Shown here in pieces: positions 48,695 to 56,432 of a stretch of DNA of 64,000 bases. The stretch is taken from assembly GCA_031405455.1 (NCBI GenBank), contig JANNIY010000168.1, positions 16,009 to 80,008 of the forward strand, written 5' to 3'. Both the position numbers and the translations under genes were made by a program. The notes beneath the pieces were generated by a model that was not told where the DNA came from, did no database searches, and saw nothing but the letters and a program-made list of their open reading frames with translations. Every line of letters begins with the position of its first letter. The stretch's first letter is position 1. This stretch comes from Deltaproteobacteria bacterium. Lineage in GTDB: Bacteria; Myxococcota_A; UBA9160; SMWR01.

Positions 48695-49638
48695 GATTTC
48701 TCTCCTTTGCTGGTCACCGGTCGCACCGGCACCTGCGTCGCGTTCACCGCGCCGGTCGCTTCTTCCCAGGCGCGGCGGATCACGAATTTGCGATCGAGTT
48801 TGAACAAGAGCGGGATGCCGATCGACTCGTAGCCGGCGTCCGCCGTGAAGCCCGGCAGCTTCAGCGTTTCCTCGAGAGACCTGCCCTCGCGCGCCGCCGT
48901 CTCCGCGAGCGCCCAGAGTTCGCGCAGGAAGCGCTGGAAGGCGCGGATGCCCTCGCGATCGGTGACGGGGCCGTGCCCCGGAATCACGCGGTCGAAATCG
49001 AGCGCCATCACGCGATCGAGCGTCGCGTCCCATTCGCGCACTGAGCCGCCGGCTTCGAGATCGATGTTCGGATAGCGACGGTTGAAGAACAGATCACCCG
49101 TGTGGAGCACGCGATCCTCGACGAACAGCACCACGAGATCTCCGCCGGTATGGCCCCGGCCGAGGTGCTGGAGGCGGATCGTCTTGCCGCCGACCTTCAG
49201 CTCGTGGGCTTCCTCGAAGGTCGAGTTCGGGAGCGTGCCGGCGGCGGCTCCCTCCCAGTAGGGCGCGTCGAAGTGCAGGAGGTAATCGCGGGTCCGCTGC
49301 GTCGAGACGACTTTCGCGCCCGCGGCGAAGGCGGGATTCCCATGCGTGTGATCCCGGTGGTAGTGCGTGTTGACGATGGCCTGGACCGAGCCGCCGCCGA
49401 TCTTTTCGGCGATCTCGCGGATGCTCGCCCCCTGCGAACGGAAGGTCATGCTGTCGACGATCACGGCGCCGCTTTGCGTGGCGAGAACTCCGACATTGCC
49501 GCCGAGCCCGAAGAGCACGTGCACGTCGTCGGTCACGCGCTCGACTTCGATCGCCTCGACCTGCCGGTAGCCGTAGATGCCTGCCATTGCCAGGAGAGCG
49601 ATCAGGATCAGGGCCAGCCGCCCGAGTGTGCGTCGCAT
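48691..49638 (-). CDS. Membrane-anchored or secreted MBL-fold metallo-hydrolase
   Basis: Track ORF, 315 aa; AAGGAGG 4 nt upstream of the ATG. N-terminal hydrophobic helix; HYHRDHTHG (HxHxDH); GHGP. Confidence 0.85.
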   Translation of the reverse strand: MRRTLGRLALILIALLAMAGIYGYRQVEAIEVERVTDDVHVLFGLGGNVGVLATQSGAVIVDSMTFRSQGASIREIAEKIGGGSVQAIVNTHYHRDHTHGNPAFAAGAKVVSTQRTRDYLLHFDAPYWEGAAAGTLPNSTFEEAHELKVGGKTIRLQHLGRGHTGGDLVVLFVEDRVLHTGDLFFNRRYPNIDLEAGGSVREWDATLDRVMALDFDRVIPGHGPVTDREGIRAFQRFLRELWALAETAAREGRSLEETLKLPGFTADAGYESIGIPLLFKLDRKFVIRRAWEEATGAVNATQVPVRPVTSKGEKS

Positions 49639-49642
49639 GCGA

Positions 49643-49665
49643 CCTCCTTCGAAGGGCGCATTATA
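49643..49665 (-). promoter_or_regulatory. Consensus TATAAT hexamer plus AAGGAGG ribosome-binding site upstream of the MBL/SDR genes
   Basis: Minus strand reads ...GCTTATAATGCGCCCTTCGAAGGAGGTCGCATG. TATAAT is the complement of 49660-49665 and AAGGAGG the complement of 49643-49649. No convincing -35 element. Confidence 0.35.
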
Positions 49666-49668
49666 AGC

Positions 49669-49701
49669 GCCGCCCCCGGAAACGGGGTTTCCGGGGGCGG
49701 C
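49669..49701 (-). terminator. Perfect 15-bp GC-rich stem-loop between the GST stop and the MBL start
   Basis: GCCGCCCCCGGAAAC-ggg-GTTTCCGGGGGCGGC, hand-paired base by base. It starts 19 nt after the GST stop codon. There is no clean U-tract; GCTTATAAT follows on the minus strand. Confidence 0.5.
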
Positions 49702-49720
49702 TTCGATCCCGGGCTGAGGC

Positions 49721-50374
49721 TCAGCGGGCCTTGAAGGACTGGCCCTCTTCCTCGATCAGCGCCTTGTAGGACGGGCGCGAATGGACACGCTGCAGGTAGG
49801 CCGTGAGGCGCGGCCAGCGCTTCGCGTCGGGCTTCTCGCCCGCGTGGGAGTAGTTCACGAACGGCGAGGCGACGGCGATATCGGCGACGCTGAAGCGCGT
49901 GCCCACGAGCCATTCGCGGTCACCGATCTGCGCCTCGAGCCAATCGAAGACCGGCGGCGCCTCCTCGTCGATCTTCTTGCGCACGATCGTCTCGTCGCCG
50001 TCCTGCTTGTAGATCAGCTTGCGCACCACGCGCTGGAAGAACACGGCCCCGACGGTTTCGACCAGCTTCGAGTCGGCGTACTCCTCGAGGAAGAGCGCGC
50101 GGCCGAACTCCTTCGCGTCCTCGGGATAGAGCGCGGGCCTGGGCTGCGTACGCTCGAGGTAGGCGATGATGCACGACGAATCGGGCAGCGTGTAATCCCC
50201 GTCCTGAAGGCACGGGATCTTGCCGAGCGGGCTCATCTTCAGGTACTCCGGCGAGGACAGGGCCGCGCCAGGCATCTGCGGCTTGAGCTCGTAGGGGATG
50301 CTCTTCTCGGCCAAAGCCACGCGCACCTTGCGCACGAACGGGGAGGCATTGACGCCGTGAATGATGATCGACAT
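49721..50374 (-). CDS. Glutathione S-transferase
   Basis: ATG 50374 with AGGAG upstream, within track ORF 49721..50509. SPFVRKVR, GKIPCLQDGDYTLPDSSCI, and a C-terminal helical GST domain. Confidence 0.9.
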   Translation of the reverse strand: MSIIIHGVNASPFVRKVRVALAEKSIPYELKPQMPGAALSSPEYLKMSPLGKIPCLQDGDYTLPDSSCIIAYLERTQPRPALYPEDAKEFGRALFLEEYADSKLVETVGAVFFQRVVRKLIYKQDGDETIVRKKIDEEAPPVFDWLEAQIGDREWLVGTRFSVADIAVASPFVNYSHAGEKPDAKRWPRLTAYLQRVHSRPSYKALIEEEGQSFKAR

Positions 50375-50390
50375 GAGGTCTCCTGATCGT

Positions 50391-51092
50391 CTAGAGGGAT
50401 GAAGAAGATCCGGGCCGCGGAGGCTCGGATCCGGGCGCAACGAAGCCAAATTCGAAGAGCGCTGGCAGCTCGCGCAGCGCGGCGAGATCGCCCTCGACGC
50501 GGACCGCACCCGAGCCCAGGGCCGCGTCGGGATCGAGCGCTCCGCTGACGAGCCCGAGCATCACGACGGACGACGCGTGGACGATCGCGTCGACAGCCGC
50601 ATCCGAATCGCCGATCGCGGTGCCCTCGGGCCCACCGGCGACCTGGAAACGCAGCTCGCGGTCGCCATCGGGAACGCACAGCGAGAAGACGCGAGAAGGT
50701 GTCGGCCCCCGGCGGCGGAAGACGTCGAGACCGAGGCGCAGCCAGTCGGGCTCGCTGTGATCGCCGGGGCGCGGCGCGTCCATGAAGCGCAGGCCGAAGC
50801 GCGCCAGCTCGTAGAGCAGCGGCTTGAGCCCGCGACCGGCTTCCGTGAGCTCGTAGACGACGGCCGGCGCCGGCGGGGGCAGCTCGCGGCGGGCCACGAG
50901 ACCGCGCTCTTCGAGACTCGTCAGCCGATCACTCAGCACGCTGGACGAAAGACCGGGCAGCCGGCGCAGCAGATCGCTGAAACGCTGGGGGCCGATCAGG
51001 AGTTCACGCCCGATCAGCAGCGTCCAGCGTTCGCCCAGCAGCTCGACCGCGCGCGCGACCGGGCAGAATTGCGCATACCGGAAGTGAGCCAC
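50391..51092 (-). CDS. HxlR-family winged-helix regulator with a C-terminal SCP2-like extension
   Basis: Track ORF, 233 aa. FCPVARAVELLGERWTLLIGRELLIGPQRFSDLLRRLPGLSSSVLSDRLTSLEERGLV. Confidence 0.85.
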   Translation of the reverse strand: MAHFRYAQFCPVARAVELLGERWTLLIGRELLIGPQRFSDLLRRLPGLSSSVLSDRLTSLEERGLVARRELPPPAPAVVYELTEAGRGLKPLLYELARFGLRFMDAPRPGDHSEPDWLRLGLDVFRRRGPTPSRVFSLCVPDGDRELRFQVAGGPEGTAIGDSDAAVDAIVHASSVVMLGLVSGALDPDAALGSGAVRVEGDLAALRELPALFEFGFVAPGSEPPRPGSSSSL

Positions 51093-51100
51093 GCAGTCAG

Positions 51101-51179
51101 CCTAAAGCAGCTGAGTGCTAAAATAAAAGCTAATTTATCGAAATTCGAAGTCTATTGATTCCAGCATGAAATCAAAGAC
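51101..51179. promoter_or_regulatory. AT-rich spacer (about one-third GC by hand count) containing the palindrome TTGATT-N9-AATCAA
   Basis: cctaaagcagctgagtgctaaaataaaagctaatttatcgaaattcgaagtctattgattccagcatgaaatcaaagact. It lies between the EAL stop (51180) and the hxlR start (51092). The palindrome is at 51155-51175. Confidence 0.4.
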
Positions 51180-52451
51180 TTAGATGTCCGACCGCAACGG
51201 TGTGGGCTTTCCGAAAAGCCACCCCTGCCCGAACGGGATGCCCAGCTTGGCGAGCGTTTGCAGCTCCTCGAGCGTGTCGAGCCCCTCCGCGATGATGCGC
51301 GAGCCGATGCGATCCGCGACCGAGCGCAGGGCCCGCAGCAGCTCCTGGCGCGCCGGATCCTCGTCGATGCGGTGCACGAAGGTACGGTCGACCTTGATGT
51401 AATCCGGCGACAGCTCCATCACCGCCTCGAGACTCGCATAGCCCGCTCCGGTGTCGTCGAGCGCGATCTGGAAGCCGAGCTTGCGGTAGTAATCGCGCAC
51501 TTCCCGGAAGATCGAAAAGTTCCCGATCGACTCCTGCTCGCTGATCTCGAACACCAGATCCGTCGGGCTCAGCCGGCAGCGCTCGAGCGTGCGGCACAAG
51601 GCTTCGGCGCGGAAATTTGGATCATGGATCGTGGTGGGCCGCACGTTGAGAAAGAGCTTCGCTCCGCCCGGGAGATCGCGCGCACCGTGCAGCGCACTCT
51701 GCCGGCAGAGTCCATCGAGCTGGAAGAGCAGGTCGCCCTCGCTCGCCATCGAGAACAACACCGCCGGCGAACGCAACTCGGAGCCCTCCGGACCGCGCGC
51801 GAGCGCCTCGTAGCCAAACACCGTGCGCGTGACGACATCGACGATCGGTTCATACACGGAGGTGATGCGCCCTTCGAGAACGAGTTCGAATAGCGAACGT
51901 CGCCGACGGCGCGCGGCGAGACGCGCGTTGAGCTCCGCTTCGCTGCGCGCCTCTTCGAGCGCTGCCCGCACCTGCGTCTCGGCGCCGATCGTCGGATTGC
52001 GCAGCGAGGCGCCGGTTCCGATGTGCAGCGCGGGCGCCTGCTTCAGGTAGGGATAGCCGACGCGGGCCCCGCGGCTGCCGAGCCCCTCCGCGAGCACGGA
52101 CCGCAGCTCCGGAATCTCGCGCTTGTAGAAGTCGATCTCGTCGGGCTCGCGAAACACGAGAATCAAGATTTCGTTGCGTCCGGTCTCGCCGGCCACCACC
52201 AGGTCGTTGAGGCCGATCTTCTGGCCGATCAGCTCGCCCACCAGCAAGCCCAGATTGCTCATCGACTGCTGGTGGGCCTCGGCGCCATAGACGCGTTCGA
52301 TCTCCGCGAAGTCGCTGGCGTCGATCAGCAGCAGGCCGAGCGCGCCTTCGAGCGTGAAGTGGGCGGTGATCCGCGCGAGCGCTTCCCCGAAGCTGGGGAG
52401 CTTGGGCGCACGCTGTCCGGGCGCAGAGATCCCGTCGTCCGGCTCCACCAT
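51180..52451 (-). CDS. EAL-domain c-di-GMP phosphodiesterase with a degenerate GGDEF-like N-terminal domain
   Basis: Track ORF, 423 aa. YEALARG (EAL), LNVRP, EISE, DDTGAGYASL, KVDR, AEGLD, GQGWLFGKP. The N-terminal half is GGDEF-fold-like, with VVAGETGRNEI in place of GGDEF. Confidence 0.85.
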   Translation of the reverse strand: MVEPDDGISAPGQRAPKLPSFGEALARITAHFTLEGALGLLLIDASDFAEIERVYGAEAHQQSMSNLGLLVGELIGQKIGLNDLVVAGETGRNEILILVFREPDEIDFYKREIPELRSVLAEGLGSRGARVGYPYLKQAPALHIGTGASLRNPTIGAETQVRAALEEARSEAELNARLAARRRRRSLFELVLEGRITSVYEPIVDVVTRTVFGYEALARGPEGSELRSPAVLFSMASEGDLLFQLDGLCRQSALHGARDLPGGAKLFLNVRPTTIHDPNFRAEALCRTLERCRLSPTDLVFEISEQESIGNFSIFREVRDYYRKLGFQIALDDTGAGYASLEAVMELSPDYIKVDRTFVHRIDEDPARQELLRALRSVADRIGSRIIAEGLDTLEELQTLAKLGIPFGQGWLFGKPTPLRSDI

Positions 52452-52514
52452 GCTTCACCCATCGGCAACTCGGCGGAAAGCGTTGAGCCCGCGCGGGGGG
52501 GCGGTGATGCCGGC

Positions 52515-53762
52515 TCAGGTCCGGGCGCCCATGGCCTCCAGCACGTTGGCGCGGTGGCCCAGCGTGTGGGCGATCCCGGAGAGCAGCGCGAAGACCCGGC
52601 CCACCAGCACGAAATCGCTCGGCACCGAGACGACGGGATCCTCGCGGATCGCCTCGAACAGCTCGTCGGTCATATCCTCGCTGAACTCGCCCTCGAAACG
52701 GCCCGTCTCGCTGCGCTCCATCATGCGGCGGGCGATCTGGACGAAGGTGTTCGGATCTCCGGTCCTGGTCTGGAAGCCGAGCTCGTGGAAGGCCCGGATC
52801 ATCGCGGATTCATTCAGCGTCATCATCGAGAACATCAGCTCGAACAGACCGAGCCCGAAACCCTCGGGCAGCTCCTTGGCAAGGCCGAAATCGAGGACGA
52901 CGATGCGGCCATCGGGCATGACGAACAGGTTCCCGGGATGGGGATCGGCCTGGAAGAAACCCGCCGCCAGGATCATGCGCACGAAGATCCGCATCAGATC
53001 CTGCACCACCACGCCCGGGTCGAGACCCGCCGCTTCGAGCGCCGCCTTGTCCGTCACCTTGAGGCCGGCGACCAGTTCCATGACGAGCACGCGCCGCGTC
53101 GACCACTCGCGGTGAATGCGCGGAATCACGACGCGGTCGTCGTCGGCGAACAGCTCACGCACGCGATCGGCACTGTCGGCCTCGCGAAGAAAATCGAGCT
53201 CGAAGCCGATGTGGGTGGTGAGCTCGGCGAGCAGCGGCATCAGCGCGAGCGGCTGCGGATCCAGGAACTCGTAGACGCGACAGGCCCGCCGCATGTTGGC
53301 GAGATCCGTGCGCACGATGTCCTCGATGTCCGGATACTGGACCTTCACGGCCACCGGTTCGCCCCCATGCAAGCGCGCGCGATGCACCTGCGCGAGGGAC
53401 GCCGAGGCCAGCGGCCGTTCGTCGAACTCGGCGAAGACCGCGGAAAGCGGCTTGCCGAGCTCGCGCTCGACCGCATCGCGGATCACGTCGAAGGGCTTCG
53501 GCGGCACCGCATCGTGGCACTGCTTGAGGACGTGGATGAAGGGCGGCGGGAAGACGTCTGAACGCGTCGCCACGGCCTGACACAGCTTGATGATGACGCC
53601 GCGAAGCTCGAGCGCGCTGCGCAGCAACAAGCGCGCCGCACGCTCGTGCGTCGGCGTGCGATCGGGTTGCGGGCGGCGCAGCAGGCGGCGCGCATACTCG
53701 GGCGGTTTATAGAGCAGCCACAGCGCACCCGCGGTGCGCGCAACGCGCAGCGAGCGCTGCAT
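52515..53762 (-). CDS. ABC1/UbiB (AarF) family atypical kinase
   Basis: ATG 53762 within track ORF 52515..54077. ASASLAQVHRARL..GEPVAVKVQYPDI, FQADPHPGNLFV, VLDFG. Confidence 0.85.
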   Translation of the reverse strand: MQRSLRVARTAGALWLLYKPPEYARRLLRRPQPDRTPTHERAARLLLRSALELRGVIIKLCQAVATRSDVFPPPFIHVLKQCHDAVPPKPFDVIRDAVERELGKPLSAVFAEFDERPLASASLAQVHRARLHGGEPVAVKVQYPDIEDIVRTDLANMRRACRVYEFLDPQPLALMPLLAELTTHIGFELDFLREADSADRVRELFADDDRVVIPRIHREWSTRRVLVMELVAGLKVTDKAALEAAGLDPGVVVQDLMRIFVRMILAAGFFQADPHPGNLFVMPDGRIVVLDFGLAKELPEGFGLGLFELMFSMMTLNESAMIRAFHELGFQTRTGDPNTFVQIARRMMERSETGRFEGEFSEDMTDELFEAIREDPVVSVPSDFVLVGRVFALLSGIAHTLGHRANVLEAMGART

Positions 53763-53781
53763 TCGGGTCGCGAGATTCACC

Positions 53782-54867
53782 TCAGGCGCTCGCGGCGAAC
53801 GGCGGCTCGAAGCCCGTGCGAAGCGGCGGCGACCAGGGCGTCCCGAGCGCTTCGAACGCTTCGAGGAGCGAGTCGGGGCGCCCCGCCGCCCGCAACGCTG
53901 CGACGAGATCGCGGCGCACGTCTTCGCGCTGCTGCTTCGGGCGCTCGCGGGTGATGGCCGTGAGTACTCGGTGCAGGAGGCCGTCGACGACGGTCCGACC
54001 CGCGATCTCACCGCCGTCGACGGTGCGCAGCCGCCGCGCGCGCACTTCGGAGAGCGCCGTGCGCAGGTACTCGACATGCGGGGTCTCGTCGCTGCGGATG
54101 AAGCGGACGAGATCCGCCGCCGGCTTCGGCGCCGCCGAGACCTCGGGATCGGAGAGCAGCGCCTCGCCCCAGGCGAACGTGCCCGTCGCGAAGACTTCGA
54201 CGACGAGCACCTGGATCATCGTCGCGAGCAACGCCTCGAGCTTCTCGTCGATCTGCGGGAAGGGGCGCTCGGGTTTGGCGTCTCGGCGGCCCCGCCCCAT
54301 CATCCGCATCAACACGTCGCCGGGAATGCGCGGATTCTCGAACGCGAGGTCGCGCGCAGCTTCCCACATCTGCTTGTGCCCGCCCTCGTCGCGGTAGCCG
54401 GATTCATCGCGCGCGTGGGCTTCGAACAGCGCGCCGCGCAGATGGGCGAGCGCGGTGCCCGCGATCGGCTCGCGGACGAGCGCAGCGAGATCGGGCACCT
54501 CGACGTCGCGGATGATCGCCCCGAAGCCTTCGACGATCGAGATGATCGTGAGCCCGCGCACGATCGGCTCGCGCACGCCCTCGCGCACCAGCAGCTTCGA
54601 CTGTGCGAGGTTCGGGAACTGCGGCGGCATCAGTTCGCACGGAACCTCGAGAAGTGTCTCCCCCTCGCGCGCGAGCTGCGCCTGCCAGGCGCGGATCGCC
54701 GGCCCCCGGTGCAGCGTGCGAGGCGAGCGATAGGCGCCATCCGCGTCGAAGCCACCGTGGCAGCGCACACCGCCCGCCACGAGCGGCGCATCGCAGATCG
54801 CGCTTTCGAGCAGTTCTTCGCTCGTATAGACGAGCCGCCCGCTCTCGGGAATCTCCGCCGTGGCCAT
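53782..54867 (-). CDS. Hypothetical protein; possible ferritin-like diiron-carboxylate fold
   Basis: Track ORF, 361 aa; GAGGAGG 5 nt upstream of the ATG; high GC3. Candidate metal ligands are spaced like E...ExxH...E...ExxH: IVEGFG, DEGGH, VVEVFA, DETPH. Confidence 0.6.
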   Translation of the reverse strand: MATAEIPESGRLVYTSEELLESAICDAPLVAGGVRCHGGFDADGAYRSPRTLHRGPAIRAWQAQLAREGETLLEVPCELMPPQFPNLAQSKLLVREGVREPIVRGLTIISIVEGFGAIIRDVEVPDLAALVREPIAGTALAHLRGALFEAHARDESGYRDEGGHKQMWEAARDLAFENPRIPGDVLMRMMGRGRRDAKPERPFPQIDEKLEALLATMIQVLVVEVFATGTFAWGEALLSDPEVSAAPKPAADLVRFIRSDETPHVEYLRTALSEVRARRLRTVDGGEIAGRTVVDGLLHRVLTAITRERPKQQREDVRRDLVAALRAAGRPDSLLEAFEALGTPWSPPLRTGFEPPFAASA

Positions 54868-54933
54868 GGATCCTCCTCGGAAGGGCGCGCCAGTTCCGTC
54901 GAATTTCGGGTCGCCGCGGGCGCGGCGCCTGCG

Positions 54934-55488
54934 TCAATGCACTCCGCGGGTCGCAACCAGGGTGGCCGGTTCGATGCCCATGCCGCGCAACACCTGCTCC
55001 CACATTCGCGGGGGCTCGATGTCGAAGACCATTTCGCGCGAAACCGGTGCCAGCAGCCAGGCCCCCTCCGCGAGTTCCAGTTCCAGCTGCCCGGGCCCCC
55101 AACCCGCGTAGCCGAGCAGCAGGCGCAGACGCTGCGGCGGCGCGACGGCGATCCTGCGGAGCACGTCGAGCGAGCCGGCGAAGTGGACGCCGGCCCCGAC
55201 GCTCTTCACCTCGTCGCCAAAGGCCCGATCCGTCTCGTCGTTGAAGAGCACCCAGCCGGTCTGCGGCTGCACGGGGCCGCCCCAGCCAATCGGCTCGCCC
55301 TTCTCGCCGTGCCACGTGATGTCGAGCGTCGAGCACAGGCCCGGCGCAGTGATCTCGGTGCTGCGGTTGAGCACGATCCCGAACGTGCCTTCCTCGTCGT
55401 GGTGGACGAGCAACACGACCGTCCGGCGGAAGTTCGGATCGAGGAGCTGCGGCATCGCCACGAGGAAGGTCGGCGCAAGGGAACTCAT
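54934..55488 (-). CDS. YqgE/AlgH family protein (UPF0301)
   Basis: ATG 55488 within track ORF 54934..56340. FLVAMPQLLDPNFRRTVVLLVHHDEEGTFGIVLNR...GGPV...LLLGYAGWGPGQLE. Confidence 0.85.
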   Translation of the reverse strand: MSSLAPTFLVAMPQLLDPNFRRTVVLLVHHDEEGTFGIVLNRSTEITAPGLCSTLDITWHGEKGEPIGWGGPVQPQTGWVLFNDETDRAFGDEVKSVGAGVHFAGSLDVLRRIAVAPPQRLRLLLGYAGWGPGQLELELAEGAWLLAPVSREMVFDIEPPRMWEQVLRGMGIEPATLVATRGVH

Positions 55489-55550
55489 GCCTGGAACGTA
55501 GCGCGCTCGCGGCCGAGCGAAGACGCGCCCTCGCCGGGTACGCTGCGGGC

Positions 55551-56390
55551 GTGCGAGGCCCGCGCTGGCAGAGCGCCTTGTTGATCGCAGCCCTCGCGGC
55601 GAGCGCGGGAGCGTCGACGTGCGCGCTGGCGCCCGCGGTCGCCGCGAACCCGGCCCAGCAGCTCGCGATCCACGGGCTCGGTGTGGAGCTGTTCCTCGGG
55701 CTGTTCGCCTTCGCGGGCGCAGCGCTCTCGGCGCTGAGCCCGCGCGACCGGCTGGGCTTGCGGGCGGGACGCCTCCCCGTCGGCCGGCTGGCGCTGCTCG
55801 TGCTCGGTACGATCGCCTGCTCGCACGCCCTGGACGCCGTGATCGGTGTTCTCGGACTCGGCGAACGCGGCGCTCTCGCCGAGTTCGAGGCGGCGCTCGC
55901 CGGCATCCGTGGCTATACGCTGGTGCTCGCATTGTTCGGCATCGGCCTGGCGCCGGGCATCGCCGAAGAGCTTCTGTGCCGCGGCCTGGTGCAGCGCGGG
56001 CTCGTCCCCAGCCTCGGCGCACCCGCGGCGGTGGTGCTCGCGGCGCTCTTCTTCGGAGCGCTGCACGTCGAGCCCGTGCACGCAAGCTTCGCGGCGCTCC
56101 TGGGGCTCTACCTGGGGACACTCTGCCACGTCGCGGGGAGCGTGCGACCCGCCATCGCCTGTCACACCGCCAACAACGTTTGCGCGATCCTGGCGTCGGC
56201 CTGGCTGCCGCAGCTCGCGATTCCCCCATCGGCATCGATCGGCCTCGGCGGCGGCTTCGCGCTCGCGGCGCTCGCGTGGGTGGGGTGGCGCTCGGGAACA
56301 ACACCCCCACTGAACGAATCGCGCGGCACTGGAACCGCATCCACCGCGCAACTCGGCCCTACAGATGAGGGCCGGATCGGACGACTCTGA
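55551..56390 (+). CDS. CPBP-family intramembrane glutamic endopeptidase (CAAX protease-like)
   Basis: Track ORF, 279 aa; GTG start. GIAEELLCRG (EExxxR), FFGALH (FxxxH), HTANN. Confidence 0.8.
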   Translation: MRGPRWQSALLIAALAASAGASTCALAPAVAANPAQQLAIHGLGVELFLGLFAFAGAALSALSPRDRLGLRAGRLPVGRLALLVLGTIACSHALDAVIGVLGLGERGALAEFEAALAGIRGYTLVLALFGIGLAPGIAEELLCRGLVQRGLVPSLGAPAAVVLAALFFGALHVEPVHASFAALLGLYLGTLCHVAGSVRPAIACHTANNVCAILASAWLPQLAIPPSASIGLGGGFALAALAWVGWRSGTTPPLNESRGTGTASTAQLGPTDEGRIGRL

Positions 56391-56432
56391 GGAGGCCGCC
56401 GCCCGTGGGTCGGCATCTACTCGGGGTCCTGG

